Origin: Eledone cirrhosa
Taxonomy: Eukaryota
NCBI GenBank assembly: GCA_964016885.1
Contig: OZ024740.1
Span: 240,560,001 to 240,624,000 of the forward strand
Direction: 5' to 3'
DNA length: 64,000 bases
Part shown: in pieces, positions 34,604 through 47,360 of the stretch
Layout: each line of letters opens with the position of its first letter
How positions within the stretch are numbered: the first letter of the stretch is position 1
The notes under the pieces: model-generated
What the model was told of the DNA's origin: nothing
Databases searched by the model: none
Seen by the model: only the letters and a program-made list of their open reading frames with translations
Position numbers and translations under genes: made by a program

Positions 34604-36130
34604 TCATCATCATCATTTTACGCCCGCTTTTCCCTGCTTGCAAGGGTGGGACGGGTCTTATTCAGCACAACATCTCTCCACTTGTCACGGTCCTTCGTCA
34701 TCTCCACCGTGAGCTTTAACGATCTGAGGTCTGTTCTCACCACCTCCACCCATGTTTTTCGTGGTCTACCTCTACCACGTCTTCCTTCAACTGGCATTTC
34801 CTGGCACTTCTTCACCCATCGGTCATCCTCCATATGCATCACATGTCCATACCACCTCAGTCGCCTCTCTCGCACACTACATTCTATCCCTCTCGGACAC
34901 AGTTTCTCTCAACACATTCATGCTGGGTCGTTCACACACATTGACATTGCACATCCAAAGGAGCATGCTTGCCTCATTTCTCTCCAGCCGTCGCATATCC
35001 TCTGCAGTTGCTGCCCATGTCTCACTACCATGCAGCATCGTGTTCCTCACACAGGCATCATATAACCGGCCTTTCATACGCAGGGAGAAACCCTTCTTCG
35101 TCAGCAGAGGAAGCAGCTCCCTAAACTTCTTCCAACCCGTCCTTATCCAAGATACTATGGCCTCGGAACACCCCCACCCTCCCATGCTAATCAGATCTCC
35201 TAGGTACCTGAAGCTATCCACCACTTCTATAGCACCCGCCTGCATTTGAAAAATGTGTCTATCAATGCGACTTCTACTGTCTAATTTCCCTGTACATCTA
35301 CTGCATATAAGTATTTTTCTCTACATGTTAGTTTGCCTGCTATCCCACTACATCTCTCGTGTACCCAGGATCGGCATTTTATAGAATTTATGCCAGTTCC
35401 TTTTCTGCATATCGAACATGGCCATTTCCCTGACGGAATCAGAGTTTTGTCCTCTTTTCTACTCATCAACACTTTTGTCTTAGTTAGGTTCACTCTCAGT
35501 CCTCTTGCTTCCAACTGCTGTTTCCATAGCCAGAATTTATTCTCTAGCTCCTCTACTGATTCTGCTATAAGAACCAGATCGTCAGCATAGAGAAGTTCCC
35601 ATGGACAACCAGTCTTAAACTCCTCTGTTATGGCTTGGAGGACTATAATGAACAACAGCAGGCTGAGGACCGAACCTTGATGTACTCCTACTTGTATCTG
35701 GAATTCCTCACTAAACTCCATTCCTACTCTGACAGCACCTATGTACAAAGTTTGCATTGTCCTCACAAGCCATTCCTCAACACCTAGTTTCCTTAGGGAC
35801 CACCAGATGACAGATTGGGGTACCCTATCAAAGGCCTTCTCTAGGTCAACAAAGGCTAAGTATAGTGGCTTATTCTTCTCTAAGAACCTCTCTTGTAATT
35901 GTCTCACCAAGAAGAGGGCATCTGTTGTACTTTTCCTAGGCACAAAACCAAACTGCATCTCATCTAGTTTGACCCTTTCTCTAATTAGTTGTGCTAATAT
36001 CCTTTCTGCCACTTTCATAACCTGATCTATCAGTTTTATACCCCTATAATTGCTCCTCTCCAGAGCATCCCCTTTACCTTTGTAGCAATGTATGAGAATA
36101 CTGCTGCACCAGTCTTTGGGTATGACACCA

Positions 36131-36132
<2 letters not shown>
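34604..36132 (-). mobile_element. 5'-truncated RTE LINE (family 2), inserted in (TA)n
   Basis: ORFs 35281-36018 (RT, LLYADDL), 34877-35245 and 34618-34875 (GRPRKTW). Very short 3'UTR ending gggaaaagcgggcgtaaaatgatgatg. Confidence 0.94.
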
Positions 36133-36158
<26 letters not shown>

Positions 36159-36163
<5 letters not shown>

Positions 36164-36277
36164 AACGAGTAGGACCCCGACGGCTGAGCTCAAGCCATTT
36201 TGACGGCTAATTCTGGACTCCAGAATTAGCCGTCGAAATGGCTTGAGCTCAGCCGTCGGGGTCCTACTCGTTCCTAT
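36159..36277. repeat. Near-perfect 119-bp palindrome (59-bp arms, 1-nt centre, one mismatch)
   Basis: ataggaacgagtaggaccccgacggctgagctcaagccattttgacggctaattctgga-c-tccagaattagccgtcgaaatggcttgagctcagccgtcggggtcctactcgttcctat. Confidence 0.97.
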
Positions 36278-36464
36278 TACCCACTCTACTACCCTAAGTA
36301 TTGAGTACTTTGGTGCGTTATGGTCCACTTGGTTCCTTACCACATTTCCTTTGTTATATATATATATATGTATATATATGCAAAAGTTTTATTTAAAATT
36401 GTTGGGTTACAACAAGTAAATATTTTATAACTGATATAAAGCACTCGACAAGTTTTTAGAGTAG

Positions 36465-36848
36465 ATATACGATATTAAACAAATGGAAACTATATTTATA
36501 AAACCATATTTATTTCATTATACATATTTTGGGGATACCATATTAAAAATATGGCATGCCTTCGTCAGATAAAATACAATATATAAACAGTTTTACAAAT
36601 AATTTTGACGTACCATAAATATGAGCGACCATTAAGGTAGTACTACCAAACCAGCTTCCTACCTTAATGGTCGCTCATATTTATGGTACGTCAAAATTAT
36701 TTATAAAACTGTTTATATATTGTATTTTATCTGACGAAGGCATGCCATATTTTTAATATGGTATCCCCGAAATATGTATAATGAAATAAATATGGTTTTA
36801 TAAATATGGTTTTATAAATATAGTTTCCATTTGTTTAATATCGTATAT
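36465..36848. repeat. Long inverted repeat (~176 bp arms, 18-nt spacer) with a degenerate hammerhead-like core
   Basis: Arms 36465-36640 and 36659-36848; the right arm has a 14-bp duplication. CTGACGA...hairpin...GAAA at 36731-36772. Confidence 0.93.
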
Positions 36849-38349
36849 GTATATATATATATATATATACACACACACATAGAAGATGAATAAATTGGAT
36901 ATGAGACCTATTTATTACCAAATGTTAAAAAGCTCAATGTATTAATCACTTATGGATGAATACAAAGCATAATAATTTTTGAATCAATTGACGACCAACA
37001 AAGGTACTTCAAACCATTTTATTAATGTCTGCACACATGTCAACTTCAATATTGTCAGGTAACACTAAAGCATTGTCAGGATATTAATTTGGGATTTAGT
37101 GATTTAGAAATTATATATATACATATATAAGTTTGAAATAGAGAAGAGAAACAGTTAAGACCTCTAACTCTTCCATTATAAATTAATCAAAAACAGAACG
37201 TAATAATTGAAATAAATAATACAAACATCACAAAACTATAATGAAGACAGAATAACAAAAGGAATAAGAAATACACATGAAGAGAAACAGAAATCTAAAA
37301 AAAAAAAAAACTGACCTGACTTGATAATCAAAGATCATAATTCCAGAGTGTGAACATGGACTGATGTCATATCAAGCTGAGAAAAATATATATCAAAGAG
37401 GTTTTTTTTTTAATTTCCAAAATGCCAGGATGGACCTGGAAATAGAAATCAAAAGTCCATCGAAAATTGTAACTAGAACCATACCTATCACATTAAGAGT
37501 GCTCAGAACAAACAGAAGAAATAAGCTGAAACATTGAAATAAAAAGAACAGCATATTCTATGATGCCAAAGTATTCATACTTAAGCCTTCCATTAATTTA
37601 TTTAAGAACTCTTTTATTAAGTTGTTTCAAACACCAACTTAATATATTACTAATAAATGAAAATATTAGTTATTTTACTAAATCCCCACCCAAAATTCTT
37701 GATACTTTTCTAAACTAATTGAGACACATAGATACTATTTCAATAGAAATTTGATAAAAAAAAAAAAAAAAAAAAAAAAGGTTATTGACCCCAAACTGCA
37801 AGATGAATTCAATTTTTCCTGCAGTTACTTCTAGATAAAGTCCATAATTTGCTTCTGTTCACCTAACTGAAAAACTAAATACCAATTACTCATCATTAAC
37901 AGATTAGAGTTAGAAAAGTAAACACACTTGTAAACACACATCCTCCAGCTATTAATTTTCAAAATTACACCAAAATTATCCTAAAAGTTGATAAATTTGA
38001 GATCAGCCTTCCTCTTTGAATTTCCACTGTCCAAAATATCTTCAAAATTCTGACACGATTTATTCTTCACAAATCATACAGGTGGGCTTCTCTTTTGTGG
38101 TTTCGCTGGCTCAATATAGAGATCAATTCCCTTACAACAAACTCCTTATTGCCTTTAAAATGGAGAACTCAGTTTTTATATTCTAATTTCTGAAACACAG
38201 ACTCCAGTAGGTCTATCTCTTTTGTGAGTATTGATTAATTAGCCATTTTAGATAAGTAGATCTCTTGATTCTGTGGTGGTTATAATGTTTTTACGCAGAA
38301 CATGGTCTGTTGATTCAATTGTCAAAATAACTTATGAACATATACATCA

Positions 38350-38540
38350 TAATTGTTTCTACTTTTGGCACAAAGCCAGCAATTATCCCAGTGCATTACT
38401 GGTGTTTTATTTTATCGACCCCGTAAGGATGAAAGGCAAAGTTAACCTTGACGGATTTGAACTCAGAATGTAAAAAGCCATAACTGTGCTGCAAAGCATG
38501 GTGTCTGACGCTCTACTGATACTGCCAAACCACTGCCCAT
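38350..38540 (-). mobile_element. SINE family B
   Basis: Reverse complement of the 33555-33740 sequence. Confidence 0.88.
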
Positions 38541-39058
38541 AAACATCATAATATCACTCACTAACATCAAACATCAAGCAACCTCTTTGGCTTCCCTATT
38601 ACTATCAATATCACAGCCAACATCCCTATTGTTAATAGAGACAATCACAAATAATCACCTTCATTGTTTTGTTACTTCATTAATCACTAAAGAGACTTAT
38701 TTTAGAGCCATGCTAAAACAAAATTGATACACTTAACATCAGCAAAGTTCAGGCATTTAAACTGTCAAGCAAAACATTCTGCTTTTGAACTCTACCCAAC
38801 ACTCCAATTAAGAGATTCCTGATAAGTCATCATGACAAAGTACTGACAAAGCTCCCTCCAACTTTCATTGTATCATCATGAATGTCACACATCCCCAACA
38901 CAATCATTTTTTGTAAATTATTATATCTATTATCACCTTCATATATATAGGTTCCTACCAGTCAACACCCTATCCTCAGTCACATCTTGCACATACCTCA
39001 AAACCTCTCTCTCTCTCTGACTCTCTGTATTTATGTATGTATGTATGTATGTGTGTAT

Positions 39059-39096
<38 letters not shown>

Positions 39097-39939
39097 CCTA
39101 ACTAAATGAAATATTTTGGGGCACAAATTTTATTTTGCATATGTTCATTTAAGTACATTTGCTCCAATTTTTTCAAGTTCTAAAGCTGATTAGTTATGCA
39201 TTTTTGAAGACTGCAATTTCTAACTTTTGTTCATATCAGATTATGTCGATATAAACAGACAATTAGGAAAAATAATTGAACCAAAAGCCATAAAATCCAA
39301 AACCATAATATATTCTGGTTCAACCTCTATACAGCTTTAGTGTGAAATATTTTCAGTATTACCAAGAATTTCCTAAATGTGATTCAAAAATACTTTCTAC
39401 AGGACAAATATTTAGAGCTGTTTAACCAGGATGGTTACCAAAATGTAAACGAGCTGTATATGGCAGTTAGAAACATATCTTGAAATCTGTTGGAAACAAC
39501 CTCAAAACACTATACACTTTCAGCCCATCATTAGGCCTTCCATCCCCAGGCCACATCGTCCCACTCAATTGGAAACTAGCAAATATCAAGCTTGAGTAAA
39601 TTTTTAAACTTGGCCTCATTAGAAAAATGCAGACAAAAATCAAAACTTCTGTCATGGTGACTACATTATCAAAAAGTAGGTGATTCATTCAAGGAGTAAA
39701 TTTAGGGTGGAAAATGGAAGGTATGCTTGCTATATGTGTTAACAACAAAATGCATCACAATAGACCACTTAAGTAGCTTATAATACAAAACCAAAGAGCA
39801 TTTTAAGCCCTTTACAAGGAGGAGATAATTCAGAAGCATTCAAGACCAGGAGATGCTGGCTTTAAAAAATTCCAAACAATGACATCACCTATGCAGACAC
39901 CCAGGAAGCCAAGAAATTTCCATGAGTTTTAAAGAGTAA

Positions 39940-40322
39940 CATTCAGATGTGCAATGTAAATGTGAGAGAAAGGCAGAGCTTGGATGAACTGAGGGAGAAA
40001 CTGGATTTAAGAAGAAACCGTGATGGTGTGCAGGAGAGAAAACTGTGTTGATATGGTCATGCAATGCACATGAATGATGATCAGTGAGTGAAGAAGTGCC
40101 AGGAAATGCCAGTAGATGGAAGTTGCAGTAGAGGTAGACTGAGAGAGACCTAGGCAAAGATGGTGAGAGAGACCTCGGCAAAGATGGTGAGAGCTGACCT
40201 CAAATCGCTGAGACTCGCAGAGGAGATGATGAAAAAATACAAGTGTAGAGTGGCTGTACTGAAAAGGACCCGTCCAACCCATGCAAGCATGGAAAAGCAG
40301 ACATAAAAACGATGATGATGAT
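39940..40322 (+). mobile_element. Decayed RTE 3' fragment
   Basis: Similar to the family-2 C-terminus, tail ggaaaagcagacataaaaacgatgatgatg, 24-bp internal duplication at ~40143-40190. Confidence 0.8.
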
Positions 40323-42738
40323 ATAAATATATATATATCATCACCATCAACAGTTTTAGATCTGTTTTGTATACATCTTCCCTACTCAAACTTTGCACAA
40401 CTCAAAACATGCTCCCTAGAGTATCAAATATTCTAACAAATAAACACATATTAATGGAGACATCTTTAGAAATAACACTAACAACCAAACATTACTTGAA
40501 AAAATATATTCACTACCACTTTGGCAATCATCCCAACATGAAACAGTGCCAAATGAATAGACATATTTCCTATTAATGGTACAATTTAAATAATGAGCAT
40601 GGGAATATGGAAATAGTGAAAATAATTGCAGCTTGGAGCTAACGCTAATGTTCATTTAAAGGAAATGACTATTGGAACCACTCAAAATATTTAACTACAC
40701 AGTTTTACAAAATCATTACAAAGCTTTTTAAACAAAATATTTTATCAAATTTTACTTCCGTGAAACTGTCTGTGACTATAACAATACATTTCTCTGTATT
40801 TAACGTTTATAGAATAATTTATAGTACATTTACATCAGAAGTGAAATCTTTAAATTAACAAGAAATTATGCTCAAAGGATATTCTAGATAGAGAAAAATA
40901 TGGAGGGTAGGATGAAATGGAAATTTACAAAAAAAAAAAAAAAAAATCCAAGGATAAATTTAGCTGAAAATAATTATGCAAGTTTATCCAGCATGTTAGA
41001 AATAGATCTTATAATTTCGAAAAGAAGATGATGATGACGATAAAACCAGAATACCATTACACTGTTGTTAACAAAATGTCAAGTGACAGCAATTTTACTA
41101 AGCACACAAAAAGCTACCTTCTTTACAAATTCTATCTATTAATGGATGAAAGAACACCTTTTAAGAGCAAGAGATATGAGAGGAACCATAAACAATACAT
41201 GACCAAGCAATATTTCAACACAAGCATCAATAAACCAACAGAACACATCTCCACCAATTGTGCATACTAATCAATAAATATCAACCAAAGACCTCCTGAA
41301 TGTCAACTAAAGGAATCTACAGACCTTACTACTAAAGAAAAATGAGTGATGATAAAGAAGATGAGACAACTAAGATCAGTAGCAATCACTAAAGTGGAAA
41401 ATAGGTGAATGATGATAAATAGAATGATGAAAATGCAAACAAATATTTTCCAATTCAATCAATTCAAATCAAAAATATTTCATAACCAAATTGATATCTG
41501 CCAATATTTATTGTAATACATTATCTCCAAAATTCTAAAATGATTTATCATCATCATCATTGTTTAGAGTCTGTTTTTCCTCCTAGCAAGTGTCATCACA
41601 GACCAGTCAGTATTCAGGCAAAGTCACTAACCTCTGGATGGGACAAGAGCCTGAAATATGAGCCTATGCTCTACCTACATACATTCAATTATGGTGAATA
41701 ACTTTAGCTGAAAGAAAGGGTGTACTCAGTACATTTTGTAAGGTGATTAGTGATAAGAAGAGCATCTAGCTGGAGAAATCATGCCAAAAAGGTTCAGAGG
41801 ACCCTTGAGTCACATCAATATAAAACCTGATTATATCATAAGCGAGAGATCCATGAATATATATATATATTGTTTTACACATTTCACATATATATTGTAA
41901 TATATACATTGTAATATATTTTACTTTTTTTTCAGAAATGAACAAATAGTGATCTGTCACAAGAAATCAAGAACTCAAAACTTAAAGGAAAGAGAACAAA
42001 AATAATTGGGGAAGAAACTGCTTTGAGATGCACCTTAACAACAACTTCAATATTATCAAATCTTTAAGGACGTGCCTCCACCAGTAAGTACAAACACTTT
42101 ATACTATCTACAGCTGATCAAAGTTCAACTGAGATAGAAACAAATACCAGAAGAATACCAATGATAAAAACAAATGTAAGATTCAACACAGGTGATGGAA
42201 AAAGAGATAAGTCCTATCAAAATGTTGGGATTGTATTCCAGTGATGTTGAGTTTTGACCAGAAACAATTTCACAATCAATGCACGATTTCTAGGTAATGA
42301 AATAGATAGAACCTGGCTTTGTTACTCACCCAGTTCTGGAAGTGTGTTCTACTTCATTTGTAAGAATAGTTTCTTACAGAGAAAATCAATATGAAAACCC
42401 ATTTATTTATGGTGGCTATAAGGATTGAAAAAATGTAAACTCACATACAGAACGAGCAAAGAACAGTCCTCAATTTGACCATGTGTTCACAATTAACTGG
42501 AAGAGTTGAAAGTGGTAAAACAACAGAATTCATAATGTCTATATGCATGATCTGGCCTACATCTAACAAATTTTTATCTGATCAAAGAAATCATCACTGA
42601 AATAATAGAAGCTTAATATTTTAACATCTTTAGCTTCCACTCCCAGATGTTGCCGACTTTGGAAACAGGCATTGACTATTCAATGTTTGCAAGTATAGAC
42701 CAGTGGAATGTTTTATGAAGTTCTTCAATATACTAAGG

Positions 42739-43084
42739 ATCATCATCATCATCATTTCATTTTACGTCCGCTTTTTCCCTGCTTGCAAGGGTGGGACGGG
42801 AACTGATTCTGGCTTGATTTCTACAGCCGGATGCCCTTCCTAACACCAACCTCATTTACAGTGAGTGCTGGGTGCTTTTTTGCCGTGGCACCTCCACGAC
42901 TACTTTGCAGTGGAATGATATGGACCCCAGTCCCTATCATCTCATTTCTACAGCTGAGTAAACTGGAGCAATGTGAAATAAAGTGTCTTGCTCAAGGAAA
43001 CAACACATCACCCGGTCTGAGAATTGAACTCACAACCTTTTGATTGCAAGGACAATGCTCTAACCACTAAGCCATGTGCCTCCA
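42739..43084 (-). mobile_element. SINE family A, full length
   Basis: tRNA-like head tggaggcacatggcttagtggttagagc on the minus strand, with an RTE-type tail. Confidence 0.92.
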
Positions 43085-43259
43085 CTTGCCAATAATTCTT
43101 TTCTCTCTTTCATACAGGTGAATCAATCATTTGAACATTTCCAACTGCTGAGGTCAATTGCATGACAATGAAAGTAATATGAGTGGAATGTATAATAGTA
43201 TGCAGGTATTGACGTGCAAGGAAAATGGTCTGACTGTGTACGCTTGTTGAATATAATCA

Positions 43260-43530
43260 GGAGATCTACTATTGACAATGTACTACATGACTTTACTGAG
43301 GTACATATGGTTGTGGTGGATATGGTACAAGAAATAAGGAGGTGGGGGTCTAGGCTTCTGGAGTTCTATGATGCTCTCACTTAACCATCTGCAACATAAA
43401 CTTCAGGAAACCAGTCAGCCAGCCACATAATTGCTCAAGGGTATGTGTGTACAAACCAAATAGACTTCACTCTCACCAGGAAAAAAGACAAGCAAATGGT
43501 GGTAACTGCCAAATCCTTTCAGTGCCCTTA
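43260..43530 (+). mobile_element. Decayed RTE endonuclease fragment
   Basis: GYGTRN..GSRLLEF..A..LTICN.NFRKP-like sequence, similar to the APE region of the other RTEs. Confidence 0.6.
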
Positions 43531-43774
43531 GAGTAAGGGTGAGATGGACTAAAAGATAAAATCTACACTGAAATTGTAAGTTGTGGTTCTTACTTGGGAT
43601 GCTGGCTTGTTCTACAAACATTTTGCTTTAGTTGTACAAACTTCACTGTAACTTCTAATTGTGTGTAAGTGTAGCAATATTATTTAGAATACTGAAGCCC
43701 TAATATAAATATAGAGAGAGAGATATATATAGAGCCCTAATATATATATAGAGAGATATATATAGAGATATATA

Positions 43775-44058
43775 AATTTGAGTATGTGTTGGTTATTTAC
43801 CAACACTTCAGTATACAGAGTAGGGCACTCAACAAAGTGCTACCGGTTCCTTGAGAAAACAACACCAAATTTCAGCACTGAGCATATTAAAAAAAATTGA
43901 AATAACAGAAGTTAGCTTTATTCCATTGTTATGTTTTTCTATTCAACTTCTAGCTGTCTGATGAGTTCATAACTGTTGCATAATGGTTATCACCAAAATA
44001 TATATAACAGCAACTATGAATAAACAAAGTTATTTTTAATCTGTTGATTTACACTTCT

Positions 44059-44060
<2 letters not shown>
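43775..44060 (+). mobile_element. Penelope-like terminal-repeat remnant in (TA)n with a degenerate hammerhead motif (43953-44011)
   Basis: gctgt-CTGATGA-long hairpin-cAAAA (expected GAAA)-tatata-TA-acagc. Flanked on both sides by TA/GA microsatellite. Confidence 0.5.
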
Positions 44061-44098
<38 letters not shown>

Positions 44099-45329
44099 TA
44101 CACATATATATACTGATGCAAATAATTAGAGTGTTTATTCGTGAAGGTTACATTGTAACTCCACAAAAATAACTCAGTTTAAGCAGTCCACATCAGTAGT
44201 GTATTATGGTGGTGATTAAGTGTGACAGAGTTTGAATTTACAAAATAGTGTTAAGATAGAATTAAGTTTACATAATTGTTTTACTGCATGCATAAATACA
44301 TACATACACACACACATACATGATTCTGACCTAGATCTTTTTCAATGAAAAATTTCTGTATCCCAAGTATAGTAACAGTGTCAAATTTAGAAACAAAAAC
44401 CAATGGAAATTCAATTATTATTTCCCACCACTCCCACCACATATTCATTTTAGTGTCAATACTAATCAATAAAGTACTGTTATTGATTCTCAAACTCACT
44501 TCTTTATCCATTACATCCATTATATCCACTGGTAACACACTACTGGAACCTGGTTATAACAAACATTTTGACCATATATTGCCTAGTTTACCTCATTATG
44601 ATGCATTTAAAAAAAAAAATTCTTAGCAATTCCAAAGTTTTAAAGTTTTGGGCTAAAAATCATGTTTTTCATGCCATATGTTTTGTTTTGATCACACAGT
44701 CTATGTTTGAAAACTTAACTCTTAACATCCTGTACCATATTAACAAGACAGTCTTCTTGAAAAATACCAAACAATTCTATGACTTCATCACATTAAAAAT
44801 TGAAGTCTTCACTTTTAAAACTATAAAAATATTTTCATGACAAGCTATCTAGTAGTAAAGACACTCTAAGAATTTGAATTAACAAACTTGTTTTTAGCTA
44901 TTTACTAAATCATTATAGGATGTTGAATTAAGTGTGATACGTGTTTATATTTTAACTATGTTTAGTTCCTTTCAGACCATATTGCTCAACAGTTTGACAT
45001 ATCTAAGTCTGTTGCAAAGTTATTCTCTATCATCGGATTTTGCAGTAACACCCATTACTGCCTATTGTCACATTTCTTTCATCACTTTCCATTACATTTT
45101 TGATTTTGTTTGTTTGTTTGTTGTTTTTTTTTTATTTGTTTGATTAGCAAAAGCCTTTTTTTTTTTTTTAGGATAATTTATTTATATTAAAAAACATGTA
45201 TCAATCCTATTTTCTGTAAAGAAATAATTAGTTGATAAATTACTGAGCAATCAATAAATAAACCCTTTTAAATACTTTGAACCAAAGCTTAACCACATTC
45301 AGTGACACCTGTGTAGTGAACACGCACGA

Positions 45330-46060
45330 ATATATCATCAATACAAGTTGATAAAGATAAAAAGAGAAAATGTTAGAGTTTTATTGCTTATGGTTTTACT
45401 TGGTCAGGTGATAAGGATGAAATGTTGAGTGTGGAAAAGTATTGAACAATAATAACTTAAACCCCACTAAACCAAAGCAGCATTTAGAGGTTACATATTC
45501 AAATCTATAAAATAAAATTACAGGTGGAAACAATCTAAAAATGAGCTGAATTGAATCAAAGGAAAGCTACAAGATACTTATTTGTATCAGTAAATAAAAA
45601 TGTTTTATGTGTCATGCTTCATATCAAATTAATTTTTTACTAACAAAAGCAGAAGTGCATACAATTGTAGAAAACTTAATAGAGCCCTGTGTAAAAAATT
45701 TTGTTAGATATGTGTTACATAAAAATGTTGCAAATATTGACAAAGTACCAGTTTCAAGATATGTCCGTGTAACAGATCAAATAAGAGGAGTTAAAATGAA
45801 CTCAATATTCTCTCTTCAAATGGATGAATCAACATATGTAGCAAACTTAACAGTTTTACTTGTCTTTGTATGCTTATTTATGAAAGTAACATAGAAGAAG
45901 ATTTACTGATATGTAGAGAGTCATACTATAAGAGAGGCAATATTTAATTTAATAGATTCACTTAAGAGGAAAATGATATTTCGTACCATCTTTATTTGTG
46001 TGCTGATAGAGCTGTAGCTATGTGAAATCATGGAGTCTGCATACAATTGCATTATTTCTA
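45330..46060 (+). pseudogene. Fossil hAT (Buster/Charlie-type) transposase
   Basis: ORF 45607-45894 ASYQINFLLTKAEVHTIVENLIEPC...FSLQMDESTYVANLTVLLVFV matches the hAT ASY..KPHTIGE.LI.P...FSLQLDESTDV..LA.LLVFVRY pattern. Confidence 0.8.
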
Positions 46061-46072
46061 TATAATGGCTTA

Positions 46073-46414
46073 TGGAGGCACAAGGCTTAGTGGTTAGAGC
46101 ATTGGCCTTGCAATCGAAAGGTTGTGAGTTCAATTCTCAGACTGGGTGATGTGTTGTTTCCTTGAGCAAGACACTTTATTTCACATTGCTCCAGTTTACT
46201 CAGCTGTAGAAATGAGAAGATAGGGACTGGGGTCCCTATCATTCCACTGCAAAGTGGACGTGTAGGTGCCACGGCAAAAAAGCACCCAGCACTCACTGTA
46301 AATGAGGTTGGTGTTAGGAATGGCATCCAGCTGTAGAAATCAAGCCAGAATCAGTTCCCGTCCCACCCTTGCAAGCAGGGAAAAGCGGACGTAAAATGAA
46401 ATGAATGAAATGAA
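46073..46414 (+). mobile_element. SINE family A, full length
   Basis: Pol III A/B-box-like head, ccttgagcaagacactt core, gttaggaa(g/t)ggcatccagctgtagaaa domain, RTE-type tail. Confidence 0.92.
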
Positions 46415-46534
46415 TACTAAGCAATTATAAACTGTAATTTATAAATTGTATATCATAATTGTGAGTAGGATAATTTAACTTAGCATTCTCCACCAGGGAG
46501 TCACTCCTGGTTGAACTGCTACTTCTCTAAATTG

Positions 46535-46800
46535 AGAGATCACAGCTCCTATATTATGGACATGTGGTTAGAATGTCTCAGGAAAAAAAATCACTAGACA
46601 GATTTTATGGCCAAAACCAACAAGCAGGAGACCAAGGAGTAGACCCCAAGCAAGATGGTTGGATAACATCCATGAGCTTGGCTGGTCTCATTTGGGGATC
46701 CAGCTGAATCAGTTGGAGATGGTTGCTTCTGACAGGACCCACTGGAAGGCATGCTTGAGGACTATCCCCACAACCTTCCCAGGAATAAGTGAGCTAAAAA
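46535..46800 (+). mobile_element. Decayed RTE 3' fragment (same type as ~2190-2360 minus)
   Basis: GHVVRM...RPRSRPQARWLDNIHELGWSHLGI...DRTHWKACLR. Confidence 0.7.
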
Positions 46801-47013
46801 GAAGAAAAATAAGAAGGTACAATCTTTACAATTTCATTGATGGTTCAACATATACCTCATGATGACCTCTTTACAACAGATAACAAAATCATGACTAAAT
46901 TCAAGTGTCCTTATTTGTCATTTTTTTTTTGTTAGTCATAGTAGTTCACTGAAAAATTGTAATAACAGTCAATAAGATATCCTATTTCATAGCCAATGAT
47001 ATTCACCTCCATA

Positions 47014-47360
47014 TGGAGGCACATGGCTTAGTGGTTAGAGCATTGGGCTTGCAATCGAAAGGTTGTGAGTTCAATTCTCAGACCAGGTGATGTGTTGTTT
47101 CCTTGAGCAAGACACTTTATTTCACATTGCTCCAGTTTACTCAGCTGTAGAAATGAGAAGATAGGGACTGGGGTCCATATCATTCCACTGCAAAGTGGTC
47201 GTGGAGGTGCCACGGCAAAAAAAGCACCCAGCACTCACTGTAAATGAGGTTGGTGTTAGGAAGGGCATCCAGCTGTAGAAATCAAGCCAGAATCAGTTCC
47301 CGTCCCACCCTTGCAAGCAGGGAAAAGCGGACGTAAAATGATGATGATGATGATGATGAT
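47014..47360 (+). mobile_element. SINE family A, full length
   Basis: As the 46073 copy, with an (ATG)n tail. Confidence 0.92.

Noticed and set aside
37800-41400. Strand-skewed segments (~37800-38260, ~40330-41400) suggestive of very old LINE/LTR remnants
   Set aside because: No motif I could confidently assign, so they were left unannotated
46073-46150. tRNA genes (also 12848-12915, 14193, 43084, 47014)
   Set aside because: A/B-box heads of SINEs or truncated SINE heads; no convincing cloverleaf
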